Origin: Candidatus Pacearchaeota archaeon
Lineage (GTDB): Archaea; Nanobdellota; Nanobdellia; Pacearchaeales; GW2011-AR1
Reading direction: 5' to 3'
DNA length: 58,708 nucleotides
Assembly: GCA_018304145.1 (NCBI GenBank)
Contig: JAGVWU010000006.1
Location: forward strand, 1-58,708
In this document: piece after piece, positions 42,734-51,963 of the stretch
Position numbering within the stretch: position 1 is the first letter of the stretch
How the letters are laid out: each line of letters starts with the position of its first letter
Program-made: the position numbers and the translations under genes
Notes under the pieces: model-generated
Told to the model about the DNA's origin: nothing
Databases searched by the model: none
The model's input: only the letters and a program-made list of their open reading frames with translations

Positions 42734-42946
42734 ATGATACTCCATATTAAAATTCATCCTAATTCTGGAAGAGAAGAAATTATTAAATTATCTGAAGATT
42801 CATACAAAGTGTATTTAAAAAAACAAGCAACAGGCAATAAAGCGAATATTGAGCTCTTAAAATTCCTTAAGAAATATTTTTCAAAGGACATAAAGATTAT
42901 TAAAGGCCTGAAAAGTAGAAATAAAGTTATAAAAATAGGGGAGTAA
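42734..42946 (+). CDS. DUF167 (YggU-like) protein
   Basis: IHPNSGREEI...YKVYLKKQATGNKANIELLKFLKKYF...IKIIKGLKSRNKVIKI. Confidence 0.65.
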   Translation: MILHIKIHPNSGREEIIKLSEDSYKVYLKKQATGNKANIELLKFLKKYFSKDIKIIKGLKSRNKVIKIGE

Positions 42947-42949
42947 AAA

Positions 42950-43402
42950 ATGGAAATTTATTATGGTTCAAATGAAAAAGGAGCAGTGGTTATTTATGCT
43001 TCATATTATTTTGCTGGAATGTCTTTGAATGGAATAAGTTTTAGATTTAGGTTTGATTTTCCATTTTTAGACAGACTAGCTAAAAGCAGATTAAATTTCG
43101 AGGATTTAGCTAAAAAAGGATGGGATATTCAAAAAGTTGATGTTGGTTATCACTATTTAGATTTTTTATTAAATTCAATATATTCTAAATCAGAAGAAAG
43201 AATTAATAATGATCTTGATGGAATTGTTGAACTTGCAGATGGTTTTTGTAGGCAGAATATAAGGAATTTAGAATATGATGATGGATATTCTGAAATGGAT
43301 ACAGAAGAAGAATGCAGGGAAGACAAATGGTGGGATTTTGGGTTGCCACCTCCTTTTTTAAGCGAAAATATTAATTGGACTCAAGAGGATTATGAGGATT
43401 AA
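42950..43402 (+). CDS. Hypothetical acidic protein (150 aa)
   Basis: ORF; its stop abuts the next ATG. Confidence 0.5.
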   Translation: MEIYYGSNEKGAVVIYASYYFAGMSLNGISFRFRFDFPFLDRLAKSRLNFEDLAKKGWDIQKVDVGYHYLDFLLNSIYSKSEERINNDLDGIVELADGFCRQNIRNLEYDDGYSEMDTEEECREDKWWDFGLPPPFLSENINWTQEDYED

Positions 43403-43882
43403 ATGGGAATAAAATATGAATTAGCAGAAGATTTGCAGGAACAGGTAAATGATATAGCAAAATTATTGTTTCCTCATGTTAAACTGGATTCTGTGGTATG
43501 TTTGAGAAGTTATGGAAGTTCTTCAAGAGGAACAATTGCTCGTTGCCATGCTCTTGGAAAAGCAATGCAATTAGCTTTGGGAAGAAAAGGATTTTATGCA
43601 ATAGAAGTTATATCAAGGAGATTTGATAAAATGTCTGAAGTTGATAAAGTAAAAACCCTGATTCACGAATTAATGCATATCCCTAAAACTTTTGGAGGAG
43701 GGTTTATCCATCATGATGTTGTTCATGAAAGAAATGTTGAGATGATGTTTCAAAGATATATTAATCTTAGGAAAAAAGAGAGGTTTGTCAATTCAATAAT
43801 AAAAGGTGAGGGTGCTGAAAAGGCAAGAGAGGAGTCTAAAAGGATTGAGATTGACACATTAAAAAAGAAGTGGTGGTTTTAA
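43403..43882 (+). CDS. Predicted zinc metallopeptidase (HExxH)
   Basis: KTLIHELMHIPKTFGGGFIHHD. Confidence 0.5.
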   Translation: MGIKYELAEDLQEQVNDIAKLLFPHVKLDSVVCLRSYGSSSRGTIARCHALGKAMQLALGRKGFYAIEVISRRFDKMSEVDKVKTLIHELMHIPKTFGGGFIHHDVVHERNVEMMFQRYINLRKKERFVNSIIKGEGAEKAREESKRIEIDTLKKKWWF

Positions 43883-43910
43883 CCTAAAAATATTTTATTA
43901 ATGTTATAGT

Positions 43911-43979
43911 CAAGAACACATGAAAATCTGCAGGATTTTCTGTGCAGAAAATTCTTTTGAAAGAATTTTCTTGCATTGA
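43911..43979 (+). repeat. Dispersed hairpin-cluster repeat, family B, copy 2
   Basis: attttctg tg cagaaaat and gaaaattctt ttga aagaattttc followed by ttgcattgaa. Collinear with 40566-40636. Confidence 0.7.
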
Positions 43980-44008
43980 ATATTGAGCCGTTATGCCTTG
44001 ACTATCAA

Positions 44009-44050
44009 GGGAAAAACATAAGTTTTTACTCAATTATTTATGTTTTTCAC
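44009..44050 (+). repeat. Dispersed hairpin repeat, family C, copy 2
   Basis: gggaaaaacataa gtttttactcaattat ttatgtttttc. Collinear with 22350-22388. Confidence 0.65.
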
Positions 44051-44353
44051 TATAATTATGAAAAGGTATTCTAGAGCCTGTGTTGTTAATGTTAAAATTT
44101 ATATTGAGACTCATACATTCGTCTCTTTTAAGTTGTTTATATTCTGAAGGATAGCAAGTTCATTATTTTTAAAATAATCAAGAGATAGCAAGAGTTTTGA
44201 ATAACTAATATTTCACTTTATGAACTGATTGTTTCTTAACTTTAACTTTGCACATTAATTAAACTATAAGATATTTTGATTAGACTTTGTCTTTCAAAAT
44301 TTATTTAGTTGATAGTATTAACTTTATATATTCTTTATTATTATTAATAAAAA

Positions 44354-44683
44354 ATGGAATTTAATTTTAAATACAAAGAGAAGCATTTTAGTATTGATGT
44401 TGAAAAATGTGAAAATTATTTTTCAAGGGCAATTGGGCTTATGTTTAGAAAAAAATCAAAATCGCTTTTGTTTGTATTTAGAAAGCAAACAAAACAACCA
44501 ATACATTCCTTTTTTTGCAAACCTTTTATTGCAATTTGGTTTTATGATAGAAAAATTATTGATATTAAATTTGTAAAACCTTGGCAAATTTCAGTTTTTC
44601 CTCTAGGAAAATTTGACAGATTATTGGAAATTCCTGTTAATAACAATGATTTTGATTCTGTTAAATTCTTAATTCAAAAGTAA
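44354..44683 (+). CDS. DUF192-family protein
   Basis: FSRAIGLMFRKKS...LLFVF...PIHSFFCKPFIAIWFYD matches the DUF192 pattern from memory. A perfect 22-nt palindrome (44688-44709) follows the stop. Confidence 0.55.
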   Translation: MEFNFKYKEKHFSIDVEKCENYFSRAIGLMFRKKSKSLLFVFRKQTKQPIHSFFCKPFIAIWFYDRKIIDIKFVKPWQISVFPLGKFDRLLEIPVNNNDFDSVKFLIQK

Positions 44684-44850
44684 CACTCGACGACAAAATT
44701 TTGTCGTCGGAAAGTAGAAAGGTTTAAATACTATATTATATATTTTAATATAATCATATTCGACAAAAGGAGGTAACCTCAAAAATCTTTCAGAAGATTT
44801 TTGATGGCTATCAAAATTTTATTAAATGAAAGGAGGAAAATTTTGAAGAA

Positions 44851-44973
44851 ATGGGATCTGTTATTGCAAAGAATGTTGTTAAGAGAAAACCTGGGTATCT
44901 TTACTATGTTGATGGTAAAGGAAATGTTTGCGAGGCAAAAATGGCTAGAGGCGGAAAAAGAAAGAAGAGATAA
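44851..44973 (+). CDS. Possible small basic protein (40 aa, not in ORF track)
   Basis: Hand translation gives MGSVIAKNVVKRKPGYLYYVDGKGNVCEAKMARGGKRKKR. AGGAGG lies 14 nt upstream. It competes with the low-quality 68-aa track ORF 44801..45007 in another frame. Confidence 0.35.
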   Translation: MGSVIAKNVVKRKPGYLYYVDGKGNVCEAKMARGGKRKKR

Positions 44974-45094
44974 TAATATTCATATCTTCTGGGGAAAAGA
45001 GAGGTGATATTTTCTATTTTTTTTCTTTTTGGTGATTTTTTATATTTTTTTTTGGTAATATTTTTGCTTTTATTTTATTGATAATTTTTTTATA

Positions 45095-45631
45095 TTAAAA
45101 TCCATAAGGTTTATGCAGATTTAGTCTCGTGAATCTTAAAAATCCCTGGTATTTACTTGGACATTTAAAAGGATTTCTTTTGAAGAATAATCCTCCTGTG
45201 ATTCTATTTGGGATGCTTGAATCAACATAAGAATATTGTATACAATCTTCTGTTCTTATTCCATGAACATGCAATCCATATTTTAATTTAATAATTGTTA
45301 ATGGATCGGTATTTTGATGTGCGTCTGAAAAGAATTCTGTTTCTGAATTTAGTTGAAAATTTTTTATGCCTCCAGATTTTGGATAAACTAATATTCCCAA
45401 ACACGTTGGAGAATCCTCTTTGAATTGTTTTATTCTTTCTTGTGTTGCAAGAAAAGCCTCTAAATGAATGTCTTCAAGATCTCTGACAGGTGTAATTTCT
45501 GATAAAACTAATTTTATAAATTTTTGAATTTTTTCTGGATTAAAATGTTCAAAAAATCTTATTGTTCTTCTGGTTTTTAAATAAACCTGATTTAAATCAG
45601 GACGGTAAGTTACAGACCCTATATTTTCCAT
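45095..45631 (-). CDS. Hypothetical protein (178 aa)
   Basis: Clean ORF with a TATA-like box 24.5 nt upstream. Confidence 0.5.
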   Translation of the reverse strand: MENIGSVTYRPDLNQVYLKTRRTIRFFEHFNPEKIQKFIKLVLSEITPVRDLEDIHLEAFLATQERIKQFKEDSPTCLGILVYPKSGGIKNFQLNSETEFFSDAHQNTDPLTIIKLKYGLHVHGIRTEDCIQYSYVDSSIPNRITGGLFFKRNPFKCPSKYQGFLRFTRLNLHKPYGF

Positions 45632-45651
45632 AAATTTGCTTGGAAATTTTG

Positions 45652-45669
45652 TTTATAATAATTTATATA
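45652..45669. promoter_or_regulatory. Back-to-back TATA boxes (TTTATAAT 45652-45659 and TTTATATA 45662-45669) for divergent genes
   Basis: The first box is 24.5 nt from ATG 45631 (-). The second is 26.5 nt from ATG 45692 (+). Confidence 0.45.
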
Positions 45670-45691
45670 CTATTGGATTATTTAGAAATTT

Positions 45692-46429
45692 ATGAAAGCA
45701 ATTATTTTAGCTGCAGGCTATGCAACAAGACTCTATCCTCTTACTTTGGATAAGCCAAAAGCTCTGCTTTTGATTAAGGATAAAGCAGTAGTTGAATATA
45801 CTCTTAGAAAGATTGGGGATATAAAAGAGATTGACGAGGTTTTTATTGTTACTAATGACAAATTTTATGATATTGTTAATAGATGGGTTAAAAATAACAA
45901 TGAAAAATTTAAATTTAGCCTAAAAGTTATTAATGATTTGACTAATTCAAATGAAGAAAGACTTGGGGGAATTGGAGATTTATGGTTTTGTGTTGAAAAG
46001 TCTAATATAAATGAGGATATTTTGATTTTAAACAGCGATAATCTTTTTGATTTTTCTTTAAAAGATGCTTTTGATTTTTTCCAGAGAAAAAAAGGCATTG
46101 TAAACGGTATTTATCTAGTTGAGAACAAAGAAGAAACAAAAAAACATGGAGTAGTTGAACTATTGAATGATAAAATTATTTCATTTGAGGAAAAACCTAT
46201 TGAACCTAAAACCAATTTTACAAGCATAGGGGTTTATTTTTTTCCTGAAATTATTCTGCCTAAAATTAAAGAGTATCTTGAACAGGGAAATAATAAGGAT
46301 GCTCCTGGAAATTTGATAAAATATTTTTTAGAGAGATTCAATGTTTATGGTTATTTGTTCAAAGGCAAGTTGTTTGATATTGGAAATATAGAGAGTTATA
46401 ATGATGCAAACAAGGTTTGGAAGGGGTAA
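45692..46429 (+). CDS. Sugar-1-phosphate nucleotidylyltransferase
   Basis: MKAIILAAGYATRLYPLTLDKPKALL is the canonical N-terminal signature. Confidence 0.85.
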   Translation: MKAIILAAGYATRLYPLTLDKPKALLLIKDKAVVEYTLRKIGDIKEIDEVFIVTNDKFYDIVNRWVKNNNEKFKFSLKVINDLTNSNEERLGGIGDLWFCVEKSNINEDILILNSDNLFDFSLKDAFDFFQRKKGIVNGIYLVENKEETKKHGVVELLNDKIISFEEKPIEPKTNFTSIGVYFFPEIILPKIKEYLEQGNNKDAPGNLIKYFLERFNVYGYLFKGKLFDIGNIESYNDANKVWKG

Positions 46430-46485
46430 ATAAACTAATAATTAAAGATAATAATTCTTTTAAATTAGTTAATAATGTTCGATAG

Positions 46486-46833
46486 ATGGATTTAGAACAT
46501 TTGGCTGGAGATGTTGTAGAGTTTCAATGGACTCAGAGAGGGTATAACAGATTTTGGCTTTTGCAATATGGGAGAGGTTTTGACTATAATAAACAGAGAT
46601 ATGTCGGTATTGGAAGATTTTTGTATGTTGATGAAGTTTTTAATTATGAATGGGATATAGTCTCATTGAGTTTTTCTAGTTTACATGTACAAAATGTTAT
46701 TGAAGTTAACGAGAAGTATATAATCTGTGGAGAATTACGTGATAGAAATTCTTCAGGTAAGGGTCCTGCTATGTTTTTAGTTAATGAGGAACCTCTTGAA
46801 GAAATGAGAGAATGGTGGGAAGATGATTGGTGA
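46486..46833 (+). CDS. Hypothetical Trp/acid-rich protein (115 aa)
   Basis: ORF only. Confidence 0.45.
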   Translation: MDLEHLAGDVVEFQWTQRGYNRFWLLQYGRGFDYNKQRYVGIGRFLYVDEVFNYEWDIVSLSFSSLHVQNVIEVNEKYIICGELRDRNSSGKGPAMFLVNEEPLEEMREWWEDDW

Positions 46834-46870
46834 TGAAAACATTAATAAAACTATTTTTGATTACTAATTT

Positions 46871-47851
46871 ATGATACTTGGAATTGAATCAACAGCACAT
46901 ACGTTTGGAATAGGGATAGTTGAGAAAGGCAAAATTCTTTCTAATGTCAAGGATGCTTATACAACTGAAAAAGGAGGCATTATTCCAATGGAAAGTGCAA
47001 AGCATCATGCAAGAGTTGCTGAAGAGATTTATAGAAAAGCTTTGAATGATGCAGAAATTTCTGAGAAAGAAATTTCTGCGATTGCAATATCCCAGGCACC
47101 TGGATTAGCACCATGTTTGCTTGAAGGAATGAAATTTGCAAAGAAAAAAGCTGTTGAATTAAATGTTTCTATAATTCCTGTAAATCATTGTGTCGCACAT
47201 CTTGAAATAGGAAGACTTACTGGAGCAAAAGATCCTGTTTTGCTTTATGCTTCAGGCGCAAATACACAGATAATTGCTTATGCAGCTGGAAAGTACAGAG
47301 TTTTTGGAGAAACCCTTGATATTGGAATCGGAAATTTTATTGATATTTTTGCAAGGCATATTGGGTTAGGTTTTCCAGGAGGGCCTAAAATAATGGAACT
47401 TGCTAAGTCAGGAAAGTATGTTGAAATTCCTTATTCAATAAAAGGAATGGATGTTGCTTTTTCAGGTTTATTAACTAATTTAAAACAGAAGTTTGATTCA
47501 AAAAAATATAAAATTGAAGATTTATGCTATTCCTTGCAGGAAACTGCATTTGCAATGTTAATAGAAGCAAGTGAAAGAGCATTGGCTCATACTGGAAAAA
47601 AAGAACTGCTTATTGGAGGAGGTGTTGCATGCAATACTCGTTTGCAGGAAATGTGCAGAATAATGTGTGAAGAAAGAGGATGCAAACTCTTTTGTCCAGC
47701 AAATCAATTTTTAACGGACAATGGAGCCATGATAGCATATTTAGGGGAGATAATGTTTAACAAAGGAACCAAAATTGATATTAAAGATTTTGATAAGCTG
47801 GATATTAATTCAAGAGAAAGAACAGATATGGTTGAAGTGAAGTGGAGATGA
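46871..47851 (+). CDS. kae1: tRNA N6-adenosine threonylcarbamoyltransferase Kae1 (no Bud32 fusion)
   Basis: ILGIESTAHTFGIGIV, NHCVAHLEIG, GGGVACN, DNGAMIA. Confidence 0.9.
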   Translation: MILGIESTAHTFGIGIVEKGKILSNVKDAYTTEKGGIIPMESAKHHARVAEEIYRKALNDAEISEKEISAIAISQAPGLAPCLLEGMKFAKKKAVELNVSIIPVNHCVAHLEIGRLTGAKDPVLLYASGANTQIIAYAAGKYRVFGETLDIGIGNFIDIFARHIGLGFPGGPKIMELAKSGKYVEIPYSIKGMDVAFSGLLTNLKQKFDSKKYKIEDLCYSLQETAFAMLIEASERALAHTGKKELLIGGGVACNTRLQEMCRIMCEERGCKLFCPANQFLTDNGAMIAYLGEIMFNKGTKIDIKDFDKLDINSRERTDMVEVKWR

Positions 47852-47897
47852 ATTCTGTTATACAAAATTATTTAAATTGTTATTTATATTTTGAATT

Positions 47898-48737
47898 ATG
47901 AATTTTGCAATGACTGGACATAAAGGGCTGATTGGAAGCTTTTTGCTGAAAAAACTAATTGAAAGAGGAGACAAGCCGGTTTTGCTAGTTGATACAAGAG
48001 AAGGGAAAAATATTCTGGATATTGGCAATTATAATCTAAAAGATAAAATTGATGTTTTTATTCATCTGGCTTCTTTTTGCAAAATAAATAAAATTATAGA
48101 AAATCCCTTGCTTACTTTTGAAAACAATTCAAAAGGGATGGAAAGGATTATGGAATTTTGCAGAAAAAATGAAATCCCAAAAATGGTTTTTACTTCTTCG
48201 TCAAGGATATTGAGTAAAGAAAAAAATCCCTATACTGCAAGCAAAATTTATGGAGAAGAGCTTGTTAAAGGATATTTTCAATGTTATGGAATTGATTATG
48301 TTATAATAAGACCTTCAACTGTCTACGGCCCTTTTAATGATAAAACAAAACGATTAATTGATATATGGATTTTAAATGCCCTAAAAGGAGAAGAATTAAA
48401 GATTTATGGAAATGAAAACAAGACTCTTGATTTTACTTATATAGATGATTTTATTGAGGGATTTTTAATAGCAATGAATGAAAAAAATGAAGAATTTGAT
48501 ATTTCTTCTAGTGCTTCAGCTAAATTAAGTTATGTTGCTGATTTTATTATAAAACTTGCAGGACAGGGAAAAAAGGGTTTTTATGAACCTGAAATAGCCC
48601 AGCCGCAGGAAGTTGAACTTGATATTTATAAAATAAAAAATTTAGATTTTTATCCAAAATTTAGCATAGAAGAAGGAATCAAGAGGACTTTTGAGTGGTA
48701 TAAAGAGAATTTTGAAGAGATTAAAAGAAGCAGATGA
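47898..48737 (+). CDS. NAD-dependent sugar epimerase/dehydratase (extended SDR)
   Basis: TGHKGLIGSFL Rossmann motif and YTASKIYGE catalytic YxxxK. Confidence 0.8.
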   Translation: MNFAMTGHKGLIGSFLLKKLIERGDKPVLLVDTREGKNILDIGNYNLKDKIDVFIHLASFCKINKIIENPLLTFENNSKGMERIMEFCRKNEIPKMVFTSSSRILSKEKNPYTASKIYGEELVKGYFQCYGIDYVIIRPSTVYGPFNDKTKRLIDIWILNALKGEELKIYGNENKTLDFTYIDDFIEGFLIAMNEKNEEFDISSSASAKLSYVADFIIKLAGQGKKGFYEPEIAQPQEVELDIYKIKNLDFYPKFSIEEGIKRTFEWYKENFEEIKRSR

Positions 48738-48749
48738 TTATTTTGCTTT

Positions 48750-49112
48750 TTAAACAGGGCTGATTGTTTGATGAAGAATTATTCCATATACAGGATGTTT
48801 GAAAAAATTGGTATAATAATCTCTTGCATCTTGTTCATTCACAAAACTAAATCTTGTAATACTTTCAGATAACCTAGGATGCAAAGGAACATTTGCTCCT
48901 GTTGCAAAATAACTTTTTGGGGTATTATCATAGACCAAAACCTTTTTTTCATGTAGATATTTAAGAATATTATCCATTAGTGAATTAAAAGATCTGTTGC
49001 TCATTATTCTTGAATCTCTTTCAGCTATTGCAAGAGCTTTCCAATCAACTCGAATTTGTCCATCCTCTTCATTTACATATTGTTTTGCTCTTTCTTCTAA
49101 GCTTACTAGCAT
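48750..49112 (-). CDS. Hypothetical protein (120 aa)
   Basis: Clean ORF. Confidence 0.5.
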   Translation of the reverse strand: MLVSLEERAKQYVNEEDGQIRVDWKALAIAERDSRIMSNRSFNSLMDNILKYLHEKKVLVYDNTPKSYFATGANVPLHPRLSESITRFSFVNEQDARDYYTNFFKHPVYGIILHQTISPV

Positions 49113-49346
49113 AATTAATAATAATCTTTAAGGTTTAAAAGAATAATTATAATAGATTATACTATGTAAAAAATTCATATGTAACGTAAACTTCAAATCT
49201 TACATTTCTTTCGCCTCACTTAAATTCGGCTCAATTTATTCTTGCTCAACAATCTCGCTATTATATTATTAATAAAAAAGTATTAACTCTACATCGAAGA
49301 TGGAGAGCAAATGTTAAGATGACATTAACATAAATTTATAGGAAGT

Positions 49347-49354
49347 TTTATAAA
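49347..49354 (+). promoter_or_regulatory. TATA box (TTTATAAA) about 110 nt upstream of the L7Ae ATG
   Basis: This is the only consensus box upstream of rpl7ae. The predicted start near 49376 implies an unusually long leader for this genome. Confidence 0.4.
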
Positions 49355-49374
49355 CCCTTTTTTAATCGTGTATT

Positions 49375-49400
49375 TATCAATGACCTAAATTAGGGAGATA
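49375..49400 (+). promoter_or_regulatory. Consensus K-turn motif in the rpl7ae leader (candidate L7Ae autoregulatory site)
   Basis: C stem tatc (49375-78) / gata (49397-400). 3-nt bulge aat. Tandem sheared G-A pairs: GA 49382-83 and GA 49395-96. NC stem cct (49384-86) / agg (49392-94). Confidence 0.5.
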
Positions 49401-49460
49401 CATAAGATTTCTCTAATTATATTTTGGGTTTGAATAAAATAAATAAAAATAAAAACTAAA

Positions 49461-49775
49461 ATGGCTTCAGTATATGACATAATTGAAAAGGCAAGAAAGA
49501 CTGGAAAAATTGAAAAAGGAACAAACGAAGTTACAAAGGCAATTGAGAGAGGGACTGCTAAATTAGTTGCCTATGCTGCTGATGTTGATCCTAAAGAAAT
49601 TGTCCAGCATATTGCTATACTCTGCAAGGAAAAAAATATACCTTGCTTTGAAGCAGATAAAAAAGAAAAACTTGGCATTGCAGTTGGGATTGGAGTTCCT
49701 TGTGCTTCTGTATGCATTATTAATGCAGGAGATGCTGAAAAAGATCTTGAAAGTTTTGTAAGGAGCAAGAAGTAA
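49461..49775 (+). CDS. rpl7ae: 50S ribosomal protein L7Ae
   Basis: KGTNEVTKAIERGTAKLVAYAADVDPKEIV...PC...LG. Confidence 0.9.
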   Translation: MASVYDIIEKARKTGKIEKGTNEVTKAIERGTAKLVAYAADVDPKEIVQHIAILCKEKNIPCFEADKKEKLGIAVGIGVPCASVCIINAGDAEKDLESFVRSKK

Positions 49776-49837
49776 TAGTTTAACATGGAAGAAATGTCTA
49801 CACATTTCTAATATGATTAAATTTTAACAAATTTAAC

Positions 49838-50134
49838 ATGGGAGGATCTGGAAAGCAAAAAAAACAAGTGCAACAACAGTCAGCTGCGAAAGGTGCTGAA
49901 TCTATTTTATCTGAAACAGCTGTGCCAGGAGTTGTTGAAGGAATTCTTGGAAGAACCGGAGCGAGAGGAGAAGTAACTCAGGTTAAATGCAGGGTTTTAC
50001 AAGGTTATGACAAAGGAAAAACCATGAGAAGAAATGTCAAAGGTGCTGTGAGAAAAAAAGACATTCTAATGCTAAGAGAAACTCAGATTGAGGCAAGGAG
50101 ATTAAAAACTAAACTTACTAAGGGAGCTTATTAA
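49838..50134 (+). CDS. rps28e: 30S ribosomal protein S28e (with N-terminal extension)
   Basis: [17 protein letters not shown]...[30 protein letters not shown]. Confidence 0.9.
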   Translation: MGGSGKQKKQVQQQSAAKGAESILSETAVPGVVEGILGRTGARGEVTQVKCRVLQGYDKGKTMRRNVKGAVRKKDILMLRETQIEARRLKTKLTKGAY

Positions 50135-50135
50135 T

Positions 50136-50300
50136 ATGGAATATTATACTAACGATACAATAATAGCAAGGATGACAGCTGGATATAATACGGGAGGACA
50201 TTATGAGCAGAGTTGCAATAATAAAACTATTAACCCTGTTCAACTTAAATTTACCTGTTTAGATGCTTTATTAATTAAATTATTAGAATTAAGGAGATAA
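50136..50300 (+). CDS. Possible small ORF between rps28e and rpl24e (54 aa, not in ORF track)
   Basis: Hand translation gives MEYYTNDTIIARMTAGYNTGGHYEQSCNNKTINPVQLKFTCLDALLIKLLELRR. It fills the gap exactly, and its end overlaps the SD of rpl24e. Confidence 0.25.
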   Translation: MEYYTNDTIIARMTAGYNTGGHYEQSCNNKTINPVQLKFTCLDALLIKLLELRR

Positions 50301-50302
50301 TC

Positions 50303-50545
50303 ATGCCAGCATGTTCATTTTGCAAAAAAATGTTTAAAGAGCCAAGAGGATTAACTATGTTCACTTTTGACGGCAGAGCTGTAAATTACTGCTCAAGCAA
50401 GTGCAGAAAAAATTCAGCATTAAACAGAGACCCTAGAAAAGTTAAATGGATTAAAAAAGACAAAGAGAGTGCAAATGTTCTGGAAGGGTCTTCTAATAGT
50501 CATAGCAATAGTAATTTAGAAAGTGTGAATAAAAAGAGTGATTAA
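50303..50545 (+). CDS. rpl24e: 50S ribosomal protein L24e
   Basis: CSFCKKMFKEPRGLTMFTFDGRAVNYCSSKCRKN. AAGGAGA Shine-Dalgarno upstream. Confidence 0.9.
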   Translation: MPACSFCKKMFKEPRGLTMFTFDGRAVNYCSSKCRKNSALNRDPRKVKWIKKDKESANVLEGSSNSHSNSNLESVNKKSD

Positions 50546-50781
50546 TTTTATAGCTAAATAATAATTAAAAGATAATATTAAATAATAAGAAATAAAAATT
50601 TATTAGTAAGATAAAAAATTGAGAGATACGCGAGATAATTATTTAATCTATAGTTCTATAATTGGTTCTAAGATATCTACTGCCTTTAGGTGTGTGGATG
50701 TCATAAAGGAGTTATAAATAGTTTTTGAAAGAACCCTCTAAAAGTTTATATATTTTCATTTTTTGTGATATTCATTAAAAG

Positions 50782-51564
50782 ATGAGCACTAATTATTATC
50801 TTAATAGATTAAAAAGTATATTGGGTTTAAGTTTATCATTGGCAAAAGCTGATTTTAAATTAAGGAATGAAGGCAGTTATTTAGGGATTTTTTGGTATTT
50901 GTTAGACCCTCTCACTCTTTTTATTATAATTCTTGCGATAAGCAATTCTTTTGTAAACCTGTCAAATAATTTGAACGCAAACTATCCAATTTATCTTCTT
51001 ATTGGCTTGATAATGTTTAATTTTTTCAGGCAGGCAACTGTCCTTTCCGTCAATGTTATATCTTCAAATTCTTTTTTTATAAAATCAATTAAAGTAACTC
51101 AAGAATCTTTGGTTATCTCTTCTATTTTGCAGGCATTATTCAGCCATTTTTTTGAAATAATTTTATTAATAATATTTATGATTATTTTCAAGGTTTCTTT
51201 AATAGGATTAATTTATTATCCTTTTCTTTTATTTTTTCTTTTATTGTTCATTATAGGAATTTCTTTTATTTTAGCAACTATTGGAGTTTATATTATTGAT
51301 ATGGAAAATGTCTGGAATGTGCTTACCAGACTGCTCTGGTTTTTAACTCCTATATTTTATATTACAAATCCTGGAACTAAGCTATATCTGATAAATTTGT
51401 TTAATCCAATGTTTTATTTTATTGAAATCACAAGAGGATTTATTTTAAAAAGCAACATTGAATTTTTGATGATGGCTCTTTTGATAATTGGAAGCATTTT
51501 AATTTTTATCATAGGAATTTTAATTTTTAATAAATACAAGGATTATTTTGCAGAAATGGTGTAA
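50782..51564 (+). CDS. ABC-2 type polysaccharide/teichoic-acid exporter permease (Wzm/TagG-like)
   Basis: DFKLRNEGSYLGIFWYLLDPL N-terminal signature and six TM helices. Confidence 0.75.
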   Translation: MSTNYYLNRLKSILGLSLSLAKADFKLRNEGSYLGIFWYLLDPLTLFIIILAISNSFVNLSNNLNANYPIYLLIGLIMFNFFRQATVLSVNVISSNSFFIKSIKVTQESLVISSILQALFSHFFEIILLIIFMIIFKVSLIGLIYYPFLLFFLLLFIIGISFILATIGVYIIDMENVWNVLTRLLWFLTPIFYITNPGTKLYLINLFNPMFYFIEITRGFILKSNIEFLMMALLIIGSILIFIIGILIFNKYKDYFAEMV

Positions 51565-51608
51565 AATAATAAAAACGCTAAAAAAATGGAACTGATAAAA
51601 ACTAACAG

Positions 51609-51956
51609 TCAACAAAGAGAATTTATTTCAAATTTATCTTCATATAAAATTATTAATTTGCCTTTAAATTCTTCAGGCTTAATTTTATCAAGCAACTCAG
51701 AAAATTTATTTAATAGTATTTCTGGTTTATCTTGCGGAATTCTTAACCAAACAACCGAGAATATTTTTTCTTTTGAAAATTTTGGAGAATTAGTAAAATG
51801 CCGGTCATTTGATATTAGCACTCTTTGTTCTAATTTAGAGAATTCTGCTAGCGTTCCATTAGAAAGCTCTTTGGGTTTAAATACAACATCAAATCCTTTT
51901 TGTTTGAGAAACTTTAATAATTCCTTTTTTACATTTTCATCTAATAAAAATTTCAT
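51609..51956 (-). CDS. DUF5615-type (PIN-like) toxin
   Basis: MKFLLDENVKKELLKFLKQKGFDV...VLISNDRHF. Confidence 0.6.
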   Translation of the reverse strand: MKFLLDENVKKELLKFLKQKGFDVVFKPKELSNGTLAEFSKLEQRVLISNDRHFTNSPKFSKEKIFSVVWLRIPQDKPEILLNKFSELLDKIKPEEFKGKLIILYEDKFEINSLC

Positions 51957-51963
51957 TTTAGAT

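Noticed and set aside
44801-45007. 68-aa ORF from the track
   Set aside because: It is featureless and Leu/Arg/Lys-rich. An SD-preceded 40-aa ORF in another frame (44851..44973) looks more protein-like.
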